DNA from: Candidatus Dojkabacteria bacterium
GTDB taxonomy: Bacteria > Patescibacteriota > Dojkabacteria > J137
Reading direction: 5' to 3'
DNA: 64,000 nt
NCBI GenBank assembly: GCA_030950485.1
Contig: JAUZRK010000014.1
Location: 2,431-66,430 of the forward strand
The notes below the pieces were generated by a model. The model was given only the letters and a program-made list of their open reading frames with translations. It was not told the DNA's origin and searched no databases. This document shows, piece by piece, positions 9,682-18,581 of this stretch (position 1 is its first letter; each line of letters opens with the position of its first letter). The translations under genes were made by a program, and so were the position numbers.

Positions 9682-9754
9682 GCTGAAATAGCTCAGTTGG
9701 TAGAGCGGCGGTATCGTAAACCGTAGGCCGCGAGTTCGACTCTCGCTTTCAGCT
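9682..9754 (+). tRNA. tRNA-Thr (anticodon CGU)
   Basis: Hand-folded cloverleaf: acceptor GCTGAAA/TTTCAGC, D-arm GCTC-AGTTGGTA-GAGC, anticodon stem GCGGT/ACCGT with loop ATCGTAA (U33, CGT), T-arm GCGAG-TTCGACT-CTCGC. No encoded CCA. T-run follows. Confidence 0.85.
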
Positions 9755-9770
9755 TTTTTTAATAATCTGC

Positions 9771-10058
9771 TTACATGTTCATATTACTCATATCCATTAC
9801 CTCATAAATTCTTACTTTCTTTAGGCCAGGTGCAGACTTAACAAGATCAATTGCATCTTCCATACTATCTGCTTTTAAAATCATATAGCCAGTTAATTCA
9901 TCTTGATCTGATTCGATGTCTTTTTTTTCACCACCATCAAATAAAGCAGAGTTCATAATTGGAGCTCCCATATCTACAACATTTTCTTTATGTGCTTCAA
10001 ACCATTTCATCCAATCTTCCATTGATGCTCCCCCATCTTTATTTTGACCAACATGCAT
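9771..10058 (-). CDS. Small protein, possibly YciI-like (dimeric alpha/beta barrel) family
   Basis: 95 aa. The C-terminal pattern GYMILKADSMEDAIDLVKSAPGL...RIYEV is reminiscent of the YciI-like fold. Weak call. Confidence 0.35.
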   Translation of the reverse strand: MHVGQNKDGGASMEDWMKWFEAHKENVVDMGAPIMNSALFDGGEKKDIESDQDELTGYMILKADSMEDAIDLVKSAPGLKKVRIYEVMDMSNMNM

Positions 10059-10245
10059 AATAATGTATTTTCTTATAGTTTATTTTGATAAAGAAATTTA
10101 AATTTGAAGTAAGTATTACACATATTATTTAGCTTATATAGATTAAGAAAAAATACGTATATTTATACAAACCTAAGAATTAAAAATATTTAGAATGGAA
10201 AAATTTAAGTAAATTCTGTAGTATTATGTAATTAATCAAACAAAG

Positions 10246-10629
10246 ATGAGTGGGATAGAAGTTATAGTAGAAGATAGTATATTTCAAAATTTTAGTGAAG
10301 TTGTAGGTGAAAGTGATTTCTTAGATAAACTTACTAACAAAGTAAGAACGATTAGTGAAGAAGATGGTTTAGTTTTTGAAGACGGAAGCCTTAGGGTAAT
10401 AGATATTGGTGAAGGGTATAGAATGAGTGTTGAAAAAGTTCCAATTGGTCCATTAACTAACAAAATTGTCGTCTCACTTTCATCAATAGGCTATGATGAA
10501 GATGATGACAATATAGCTAAAGCTCATAAAGTTAATGAGACTATTCAATTTACTTCCGCCCCCAATTCTAACGAAATAAAATGCAGATACGTTTACTCCG
10601 GAGAAGAACTGGATGCAGTGGTTATATGA
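10246..10629 (+). CDS. Hypothetical protein
   Basis: 127-aa ORF. Overlaps the next gene in another frame. Confidence 0.3.
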   Translation: MSGIEVIVEDSIFQNFSEVVGESDFLDKLTNKVRTISEEDGLVFEDGSLRVIDIGEGYRMSVEKVPIGPLTNKIVVSLSSIGYDEDDDNIAKAHKVNETIQFTSAPNSNEIKCRYVYSGEELDAVVI

Positions 10630-11116
10630 CGAGCTAGTAAAAGATAATCATGAAGTCATTATGCCTACTTTACCTAATGCTGATCATCCAAGTAGAAATG
10701 AATGCCTAAATGAAATTATTAAATTGCTAAAAGATCTTAATCATAAGGAGTTAGTAATGATTGGACATTCTTTAGGAGTAACTTCAGCACTTGATTATAT
10801 TGAGGAGTGTAATAAAAAAGTGCTTGGTTTGATATCTGTTTCAGGCTTTCACTTAGATACTGGTCATGAGTTAAACAGTTATTTTATGAAAGAGAAAGAT
10901 ATAGATTTCGAGAAAGTTAATACAAATCTTAATAATAAGGCTGTTATATACGGTGATAATGATCCATATTTGACTAAAGAGATTAGAGAAGCTCTTGCAG
11001 ATGAGCTGGATGTTGATCCTTATATAATTGAGAATGGCGGACATTTGAATGAGAGTGCTGGGTTTAGTGAGCTTCCTTTAATTACAGATATTCTTAATAG
11101 CTGGGAAATTAACTAA
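10613..11116 (+). CDS. Alpha/beta serine hydrolase, RBBP9/YdeN-like
   Basis: Nucleophile elbow VMIGHSLGV. N-terminus WMQWLYDEL resembles the HWFPWLKK region of YdeN. The N-terminus may be truncated or frameshifted. Confidence 0.5.
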   Translation: MQWLYDELVKDNHEVIMPTLPNADHPSRNECLNEIIKLLKDLNHKELVMIGHSLGVTSALDYIEECNKKVLGLISVSGFHLDTGHELNSYFMKEKDIDFEKVNTNLNNKAVIYGDNDPYLTKEIREALADELDVDPYIIENGGHLNESAGFSELPLITDILNSWEIN

Positions 11117-12342
11117 GTTTCGCTCAACCCATCAAAATCATAATACTTCTTCCCCTTTAAATTATCAGGAAGATACTCTTGATCAACTTTCTTACCTTTC
11201 TTCTCTTCTAACCATTTATATCTAGTATGCCCCTTACCGTAACCAGCATCTTTAACAACGTCATTAACTTCATTTCTAAGATGAAGAGGAATTGGATCTA
11301 AGTCTATATTTTTTACATCACCTAGCGCATCTCCTATCGCTGTATAGCTAGCAATAGATTTCTTACTGGTCGCTAGATAAGTTGCGCATTGTCCTAAAAT
11401 TATAGTACTCTCAGGCATTCCTATCATTTTTATAGCTTGCATAGTAGAAGTTGCGAGAATTAGTGCTTGAGGATTTATATTTCCTATATCTTCAGAAGCG
11501 AATATGACCATCCTTCTTGCAATAAATACAGGATCTTCTCCAGCATCAATCATTCTAGCTAGATAATGAACAGTAGCGTCAGGATTAGAGCCCCTCATAG
11601 ATTTTATAAAAGCCGAAATTGTATCGTAATGACTATCTCCTGATTTATCGTACCTTGCTACTTTTTTTTGTAAGACTTTTTCTATAATTTCTTTATTAAT
11701 ATCTTTAGCATAGTTATTAACTAGCTGAACTGCATTGATAATCTTTCTAGCATCACCATCAGATAATGCTTTAATATAATTCTTAGATTCTTCATCCCAT
11801 TTATGTTTTGGGTATTGTTTTAAAGCGCTATCTATAACCTTTTCTAAGTCATCATTAGATAGCTTATTAAATATGTATACTTGGGATCTTGAAATTAATG
11901 GAGCTATTATTTCAAAGCCTGGATTTTCTGTAGTTGCTCCAATTAGTGTTATTGTTCCATCTTCTACTGGTGGTAAAAAAGCATCTTGTTGCGCTTTATT
12001 AAATCTATGTATCTCATCAACAAATAATATTGTTCGCTTTTTTAATGCTTCAAAGGTTCCTTCTTGATTATTTCTCTTGGCTCCCTCGATTATCTCCCTT
12101 ACTTCTTTTATCGATCCACCGACTGCAGAATATCCAATAAAAACTGCATCTACATAATTTGAGATTAATTTAGCCAATGTTGTTTTTCCAGATCCTGGTG
12201 GTCCCCAGAATATCATTGAAGAAATATCACCAGATTCCAACATTCTCCTAATCGGTCCATCTTCGCCTACAAGATGTTTTTGACCTATGAATTCATCTAA
12301 AGAACTTGGTCTAAGTTTTTCTGCTAACGGCCTAGTATTCAT
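11113..12342 (-). CDS. rarA: Replication-associated recombination protein A (AAA+ ATPase RarA/MgsA)
   Basis: GPPGSGKTTLAKLI (Walker A), ILFVDEIHRFNK (Walker B / sensor) and a conserved MgsA C-terminal domain. Confidence 0.85.
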   Translation of the reverse strand: MNTRPLAEKLRPSSLDEFIGQKHLVGEDGPIRRMLESGDISSMIFWGPPGSGKTTLAKLISNYVDAVFIGYSAVGGSIKEVREIIEGAKRNNQEGTFEALKKRTILFVDEIHRFNKAQQDAFLPPVEDGTITLIGATTENPGFEIIAPLISRSQVYIFNKLSNDDLEKVIDSALKQYPKHKWDEESKNYIKALSDGDARKIINAVQLVNNYAKDINKEIIEKVLQKKVARYDKSGDSHYDTISAFIKSMRGSNPDATVHYLARMIDAGEDPVFIARRMVIFASEDIGNINPQALILATSTMQAIKMIGMPESTIILGQCATYLATSKKSIASYTAIGDALGDVKNIDLDPIPLHLRNEVNDVVKDAGYGKGHTRYKWLEEKKGKKVDQEYLPDNLKGKKYYDFDGLSET

Positions 12343-12445
12343 ATATAATTATACCCTATTTTTGTAATTAATACCTTTTATTCAGATTTACAAAAATATT
12401 GAATGCCTTTGTACTTGTGTTATCATATTTTGGAATCTAATATAT

Positions 12446-12880
12446 ATGGTTGCACTTAGTAGAAGTGATATAGAATATACTGACAATGATATTGAAAGTA
12501 ATGTGGTAAATAGTATTTTTACTCCAGAACTTGATAGAGATAGATATAGCACGTCTGAAGAATTTGAATCACCTTGCTTCTTAGCAGAGTTACATAACTT
12601 AGATGATCTGCTAAATGGTTATTTGATTAGGTTTAATAGTGGTGATGAACTTAAAGATATTGAGGTAGCAAAAGATAAAATTTCACTGAGTCTAAAAGTA
12701 ATCGCTTTGAGAGTTATCAATGATGATGAAAAGTATATAGCTACAATGAGTATTTGCTACTCCTACTTCCAAATCTACTCTAATTCTAACCCAGTTATAA
12801 TGAAAGAAATATCTTCGGTATTTACGAAAATTATGCAAGAATTCCACCCGGTTACAATGAAATCTTCTCTTAGTTTATAG
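12446..12880 (+). CDS. Hypothetical protein
   Basis: 144-aa ORF. Confidence 0.3.
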   Translation: MVALSRSDIEYTDNDIESNVVNSIFTPELDRDRYSTSEEFESPCFLAELHNLDDLLNGYLIRFNSGDELKDIEVAKDKISLSLKVIALRVINDDEKYIATMSICYSYFQIYSNSNPVIMKEISSVFTKIMQEFHPVTMKSSLSL

Positions 12881-12881
12881 C

Positions 12882-13403
12882 TTGCTTTTGTTGCTCTATT
12901 TTGGCATCTATATTATAATAGTTATGATTATTATGAGCGATACAATAGACGAAACTGTAGCACATATTACTGACGTATCAGCAGCAATGACAGAGCTTGA
13001 CGGTATTAAGATGCAAATACATTATGATGATTCAGCTCCTACCTTAAGCTTTAAGCCTGAAACTGATATATCCAAATATAATACTCATACAGATTCAATC
13101 AGACCAACGTCTGCTAGATCTGTAGTTCATAGAAATTTTACAACTAAAGTGACAGAAGGTAAAATCATTTCACCTCAAGATGATGCAAATGTTACTGGAG
13201 TTAAGTTTGGAGATCTTAAAAATTCAATCGTCAGAGTACTCAGTAATGTTCACATCCCAGAAAAGCAAACTGAAGCAAGGTTTTTTATGCTAGATTCTGT
13301 AGCTACATATACTGGAGAAAATCCAGTATATTTAGAATTAACAGCTAGTTTTATAGATGAAGCAGCAAAAAGGCTTCATATACAATTTCTAGAAGAACAA
13401 TAG
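12882..13403 (+). CDS. Hypothetical protein. The true start is probably an internal ATG.
   Basis: 173-aa ORF with a hydrophobic N-terminus. Confidence 0.3.
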   Translation: MLLLLYFGIYIIIVMIIMSDTIDETVAHITDVSAAMTELDGIKMQIHYDDSAPTLSFKPETDISKYNTHTDSIRPTSARSVVHRNFTTKVTEGKIISPQDDANVTGVKFGDLKNSIVRVLSNVHIPEKQTEARFFMLDSVATYTGENPVYLELTASFIDEAAKRLHIQFLEEQ

Positions 13404-13423
13404 TATTGTTTTCATTAAATACT

Positions 13424-14101
13424 CTAACTATCAACATTCATAAGTCTAATACCTTTACTCTTATAAATATTGATAGTGTTTTCTAAATCAAAGTGCCTAT
13501 TATCCTTATTCAATAATTCATCTAGAGTCATTAGTAAATTTTCACCGTTATCAAACACATCCTTAAGTTCACCTTTTACATTTATAGCTTCGTAAATTAA
13601 ATAAAATTTATCGTGAACTATACTCCCTTCGTTATCTTTATCAATCTTATGATTTACACCTTTAAATATAAACTCTGCTTTTAAACCAGTTTCTTCTATT
13701 AAACATCTAAATGCTGTATCTTCTGGATTCTCTCCTATAAGTACTTTTTCAGTAGGAAGTTCGTAATAATTTTTAAATGGTTCAATTAATCTCTTCTGAA
13801 CTATAACCCTATCTTCGATATAGTTGCATATAATCAAAACAGAAACTCTTTGATTTTTTAAAATAGTAGATGTCTTATTACTTATATTTAAAGATAGCTC
13901 TTTTCCTTTCGAAGTAAGAGAATAGTTAGAGTCTTTATCTTTAACTATTAACTCAAGTTTTAAAAGTTGGTTTACATGATAATTAAACCAATCTGTAGTT
14001 AACCTCTTTCTATTTAACTCTGCAAATCTAGCTGAATCATTTTTAGCTAAATATTTTATTACTTCAGCCTGCACTTCATGAATTGATTTATGATTTGTCA
14101 T
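13424..14101 (-). CDS. wHTH-Nudix hydrolase fusion protein
   Basis: N-terminal DNA-binding-like segment plus Nudix box GENPEDTAFRCLIEETGL (GX5EX7REUXEEXGU). Confidence 0.55.
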   Translation of the reverse strand: MTNHKSIHEVQAEVIKYLAKNDSARFAELNRKRLTTDWFNYHVNQLLKLELIVKDKDSNYSLTSKGKELSLNISNKTSTILKNQRVSVLIICNYIEDRVIVQKRLIEPFKNYYELPTEKVLIGENPEDTAFRCLIEETGLKAEFIFKGVNHKIDKDNEGSIVHDKFYLIYEAINVKGELKDVFDNGENLLMTLDELLNKDNRHFDLENTINIYKSKGIRLMNVDS

Positions 14102-14168
14102 TACGAAAGAGCCCTTTACTATAAAATTTACTATTGGAATTTTACAATCATTTATTACATTTTACTAA

Positions 14169-14588
14169 ATGATTATGAATCAGGTTCAGATAATCGATAA
14201 AGTTGCATTTATATACATTAAGAATAACAAATTACTTTCAGCTAGATCAATAAATAAAACAGCGTTTTATACGCCTGGGGGAAAAAGAGAGAAAAATGAA
14301 TCAGACATAGAATGCCTTACAAGAGAGCTTAAAGAAGAACTAAATGTAGATTTTATAGCAATTTCAGCAAATCACTACGGAGACTTTCAAGCTCATGCTC
14401 ATGGTAAAGACATGAGTATCGTAGTTAAAATGAAGTGTTATTTTGGAGAATTTAAAGGAGAATTATTACCTAGTTCAGAAATTGAAGAAATAAAATGGTT
14501 AGATTCAAATGATATAGGTAAAGATTATACGTCAAAAGTAGATTGGTTGATTTTAGCTCAGTTAAAAGTTGATGGGAAAATATTATAA
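14169..14588 (+). CDS. Nudix hydrolase (MutT-like)
   Basis: Nudix box GGKREKNESDIECLTRELKEELNV. Confidence 0.6.
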   Translation: MIMNQVQIIDKVAFIYIKNNKLLSARSINKTAFYTPGGKREKNESDIECLTRELKEELNVDFIAISANHYGDFQAHAHGKDMSIVVKMKCYFGEFKGELLPSSEIEEIKWLDSNDIGKDYTSKVDWLILAQLKVDGKIL

Positions 14589-14592
14589 AAAA

Positions 14593-14625
14593 TGTAGGCG
14601 ATAATGGCTATTGTCGCCTACGCTT
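14593..14625. terminator. Palindromic bidirectional intrinsic terminator between convergent genes
   Basis: tgtaggcgataatggctattgtcgcctac flanked by A- and T-runs. Confidence 0.5.
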
Positions 14626-14634
14626 TATATTTTA

Positions 14635-15291
14635 TTAAAACTCAACACCAACTGCCCACCTACTCTTAGTTGAATTACAGTTTTTATCACTACATTCTCC
14701 GTAGCACGTAAAAAGTGTTGCGGAGTTGTCACCTAACCACGAACTCATTATATATCTATCTTTTTCATTTACTGGACTAGAAAAAGTTATAGTTCCGTTT
14801 AAATATCTATCATTAATACAAGCCTCAAAATTATCTCCAATTTTTGAGTTCAAGATCTGAGCAAAATCAGTAGTAGGCGAATTACAGAATCCATCTACGC
14901 AGTTATTGTGGCCTATGATTACTTTATTTTTATTAAAGATAGTATTTTGTACTATACTTGGTATGCTTGAAGCATCCCAGTTCTCCTCCAGAATAATATC
15001 AAGTTTTATAGGATCATTAAAACTATCCGTCATAATCCAGTTCCCTAAACATTTCTCACTTGTTTCAATATTCTTTAATGGCTCTATAGCTTTTAGAACT
15101 TCCACTAACTTTGAGTTATTATCTGACACCCTGTTTATAAGTTGGAATAAGCTGTTTTTCTTATATATAAATGAAGAATTTGACTTGGTATGATGATCGG
15201 ATGCCCTAACAGTATCAAAAGTTATAACAAAAGCTATAAACGATAAAACTAGAAGAATAAGCAATGTATACACTTTTAATATAGTCCTCAT
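14635..15291 (-). CDS. Cys-rich secreted or membrane-anchored hypothetical protein
   Basis: 218 aa, N-terminal TM/signal segment, multiple Cys. Confidence 0.4.
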   Translation of the reverse strand: MRTILKVYTLLILLVLSFIAFVITFDTVRASDHHTKSNSSFIYKKNSLFQLINRVSDNNSKLVEVLKAIEPLKNIETSEKCLGNWIMTDSFNDPIKLDIILEENWDASSIPSIVQNTIFNKNKVIIGHNNCVDGFCNSPTTDFAQILNSKIGDNFEACINDRYLNGTITFSSPVNEKDRYIMSSWLGDNSATLFTCYGECSDKNCNSTKSRWAVGVEF

Positions 15292-15334
15292 ATTGAGAGA
15301 ATTATATCACAATAAATTATTTATATTACTTATT

Positions 15335-16741
15335 CTATTGCTCCGCTGACTCGCTCCTTCTCTCTGAAGCTAAGACATAAGTTCTAAAAGTTGAGAGTTT
15401 ATATCCAAATTTGTCTACAAAATCATCAGCGACATCTTTTCCATCTTTATATGCTCTCTCCAGCAATCTATAAATTAAATAGCCAGACAATCCATACTCT
15501 GCATTAAGCTCATTTATGTAGTTCTTTAGCCCCTTCTCTTCATTAATCAAGTTCCAATCTGAAATATTAAAAGCTTTAAGCTCTGTTAGAATTGCTTGAT
15601 TAAGTTCTTCCCTAGCAATCTCATACGCTCTCCTTGAAGGAGCAAATTCACTGTCCGACTTTCTTTTTTCTCTATAGATCTTATGGGCAGTCTTCCATTT
15701 CGGTTTAGCTACATCTAATTCCTCAGTTGCAATATCCCAAGCTTCTCTAAAAGAAGTTTCTCCCGTACCAAATCTAGCATCAATTATTTCCCAATCTATA
15801 AGATTATAATCAAAGCCTCTTTCTAAATTTACAGCTGCTATAATTTCTCTCTGATATGAGCTATCAACTGGAATTATTTCCCGATTATTAGTAAACCATC
15901 TTATCAAAGAAGACGTCGTCATATTTAAGCTATCAAATTCGCTATTTAGTCTTTCAACAATAACTGCTCTAGTAACTCTAACTGTTTCGTCCGACCTTTC
16001 TTCGTAATAATATTTTTTTACTAATTCAATAAAGTGTAAATATTCCTCATTACTTAAAACTATTTGAGGATTACCATTCATATTTTTTTCTATTCTGGGA
16101 TTTACAATTTGCTTAGAAATTAGATTTCTAGAAACCCATACGCTTAAAGAATCACCATTAATACAATTTGACCCATCAGCTTTGCCGTATCTTCCATTTA
16201 ATGTAGCAGCAATTTGATTATATGTTAAAGTTTCTTCTTGATTATATAAAAGAATTATATTATCTATAATATCTCTATACTTTTCATTTCGCGGATTTAA
16301 AAAGGTAGTATAAACTACGTTTGAAAGGAGGATTTCAGTCTGTCGCTCTAAAGCTTTTTCTGTATCTGTTAGCTTTGATCGTAATTTAGGAATAAAGTTT
16401 TTTGTATTAGAAATGTCTTTAACTCTGGCTTTAATATATTCTTCACCTTCAAGATTAAATCCTTTTGAAAAAACTTTCTAGCTATGATAATTAGGTATAA
16501 AATCACTTACCGGTATTCCCAAATCAACTATTATTTCTGCAAGTGATTCATTTGTTAAGTAGTTTCCATCTTCATCTCTAGCATATAAAAATTCTTCCCA
16601 AGTAAATCTATTAGCTGGGCATACTAAGTTATATTCGTCTACTTCATCTACTACCCTACCTATTAGTTGAGATAAGTTATAGCCAGAGTTTTCAATTGTT
16701 GTTGGATCATCAGAATCGTTTACCATAAGGAATAATAACAC
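15335..16741 (-). pseudogene. Hypothetical gene (~469 codons) with an in-frame TAG at 16478-16480. ORFs 16478..16741 and 15335..16081 are one continuous frame.
   Basis: Own translation of 16082-16477 in the frame of both flanking ORFs shows no further stops (...NYHS*KVFSKGFNLEGEEYIKARV...EKNMNGNPQIV...). Confidence 0.45.
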
Positions 16742-16763
16742 ACCTTTGATATATAGCGAATAG

Positions 16764-17042
16764 CTATCTTATCAGATCAATCTCAAACGCTCCCATACCT
16801 CCAGTAAAATACCCTGCTGTTTTAAAATGCTTAACATATTTATGGTTCTTAAGAAGCTTCTCTACAATCGGTCTTACTACCCTACCCTTACCAGTAATAA
16901 CAAGAACTCTTTTATCATTCTTAAGATATGAGTCTTCAATAAATTCGAAAAGATATCTTTCAATATCGTACGGATCTAATTTTCCTAAAAGATGAAAATC
17001 AAACGTAGAATCAGCTTCAAAATTTTCTTCCCACGGGTACAT
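16764..17042 (-). CDS. Smr-domain protein
   Basis: LVITGKGRVVRPIVEKLLKNHKYVKHF matches the Smr signature (xITGKG...L...V...L). Confidence 0.5.
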   Translation of the reverse strand: MYPWEENFEADSTFDFHLLGKLDPYDIERYLFEFIEDSYLKNDKRVLVITGKGRVVRPIVEKLLKNHKYVKHFKTAGYFTGGMGAFEIDLIR

Positions 17043-17045
17043 AAG

Positions 17046-18548
17046 CTAAAAATTCAAATTACCAATTGGTGAACTAGTAGGCGGGTTAGCCTCTTGAATT
17101 GTTATACTTACGCTATTACTGAATTCAGAACACGCATTATCATTTATAGTACAAAGTGTAAAACTATAAGAACCCGGAGTTAGTGTCCAATAATAATTTC
17201 GAGAATCTTGAGTTAACATTACAGAATTTGCACTGTTAGCTGAATATTCTGGGCCATTTAAACCAAGTATTAAGTAATACCCCTTACTATTATCAAAACC
17301 TGTTATATCCCAGCTTAAGTTCGCTCCATTATCATCAGTAGATGCATATAGATTAAATACATCTTTTACAGTAATTACTTCAATTATTCTTGTAACTTTA
17401 AGCTCTTTAGTTGTTTCGTTATTATTTAATGGATTAATAGCCTTAATCTCTATTTCATTTAATCCCTCAGAAAGATCAATCTTATACGTAAACACTCCGT
17501 TTACAGAATCTATTTCTTCATCATTTATCGTTATAATTGCATCTTTTGAGCTCGTTCTACCTGTTATTTCAAGAGTGGGATCTTTAATTTCAAAATCGCT
17601 ATCCTTAGGAGAGGTAATAGTTAAATCTGGTGCTGTTAAGTCAAGATCTAGAGTTGAAGGAAAACCTCTCTTTGATATTGAATCAAGATCTTCGTCTTTA
17701 TCAATTCTAGATAATACTTCTGATCTAAAGCTATCACTGTCGCTTAAGTTTAATGATCTAACATCAATAAAGATTTCATCTAATAGTTTTTGTCTTTTAT
17801 ACCAGCTAGTTATTGATATTTCCTCTACAATTTTTCCCTCTGCAGAAGAGCAATTTAAGCTATCCCTATCAACTTGAGCTAGACTACCTGAAGGGATATC
17901 AATTGTTTCTTCATTACAACCAACTGCTTCAACATTATTTTCTTCTACACTTACAAAAGTCTCTCCACTAAACCTTTCATAAACATTAAAGATTGATTTA
18001 CCTGCAGTTATAGTAGAACTTGAAGCCTCAACATTAATTGTTGAAGACTGAATCCTGCTCCAAATACTACCAGAAAGTAATTCTATGTTTATATCGTTAT
18101 TAGTAAGACTTATAACAAGCTCAGTATTAGGATCAACACTTATAAATGAATTATCAGGAAGAAAAATGTAAGAAAAACTGTTTGTTGCATTTTTAATATA
18201 TGAAGGATTATCCAAGACTATCTCTCCTGCCTCCATTATTTCATAAACATCTTCTTCTGAAGATTTATAACTTATAGTACCCGAGCCTCTTACTAAAACA
18301 ATATCATTCAAACCTGTTTGTATTTGATTAGATTCACCTCCAAACTTTGTAAGAAGTGCTAAAACAAATGCAACTAAGACAATTATTCCAAATATAAATA
18401 TTTTTTTTCTATTATCTGATGCTTTATCTATATATTTATTTAGTTTTTCTCTAATAGTTTTTTTATCAGCTATTAGATTAGCTTCTTCAGAAATATCATT
18501 TGTAATTATTTCTTCATTTGCTGTTGATTTCATTTTTATTCTTTCCAT
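17046..18548 (-). CDS. Membrane-anchored protein with FecR-like beta-sandwich domain
   Basis: TM helix near residue 50, then the IVLVRGSGTISY...ELLSGSIWSRI pattern typical of FecR domains. Ser/Asp-rich linker. Confidence 0.45.
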   Translation of the reverse strand: MERIKMKSTANEEIITNDISEEANLIADKKTIREKLNKYIDKASDNRKKIFIFGIIVLVAFVLALLTKFGGESNQIQTGLNDIVLVRGSGTISYKSSEEDVYEIMEAGEIVLDNPSYIKNATNSFSYIFLPDNSFISVDPNTELVISLTNNDINIELLSGSIWSRIQSSTINVEASSSTITAGKSIFNVYERFSGETFVSVEENNVEAVGCNEETIDIPSGSLAQVDRDSLNCSSAEGKIVEEISITSWYKRQKLLDEIFIDVRSLNLSDSDSFRSEVLSRIDKDEDLDSISKRGFPSTLDLDLTAPDLTITSPKDSDFEIKDPTLEITGRTSSKDAIITINDEEIDSVNGVFTYKIDLSEGLNEIEIKAINPLNNNETTKELKVTRIIEVITVKDVFNLYASTDDNGANLSWDITGFDNSKGYYLILGLNGPEYSANSANSVMLTQDSRNYYWTLTPGSYSFTLCTINDNACSEFSNSVSITIQEANPPTSSPIGNLNF

Positions 18549-18581
18549 ATTAGATATCTTACTAAATTAATAATATGTTTA

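Noticed and set aside
10246-11116. Frameshifted single YdeN-like hydrolase gene spanning ORFs 10246..10629 and 10613..11116
   Set aside because: Upstream translation in the hydrolase frame (NADTFTPEKNWMQWL) hits a TAA after 12 codons. The 10246 ORF does not resemble the missing N-terminal strand. The evidence is insufficient, so the two ORFs are kept separate.
12446-13403. Single gene split by a frameshift (ORFs separated by 1 nt)
   Set aside because: No homology linking the two halves. The downstream ORF has its own hydrophobic N-terminus and candidate internal ATG start.
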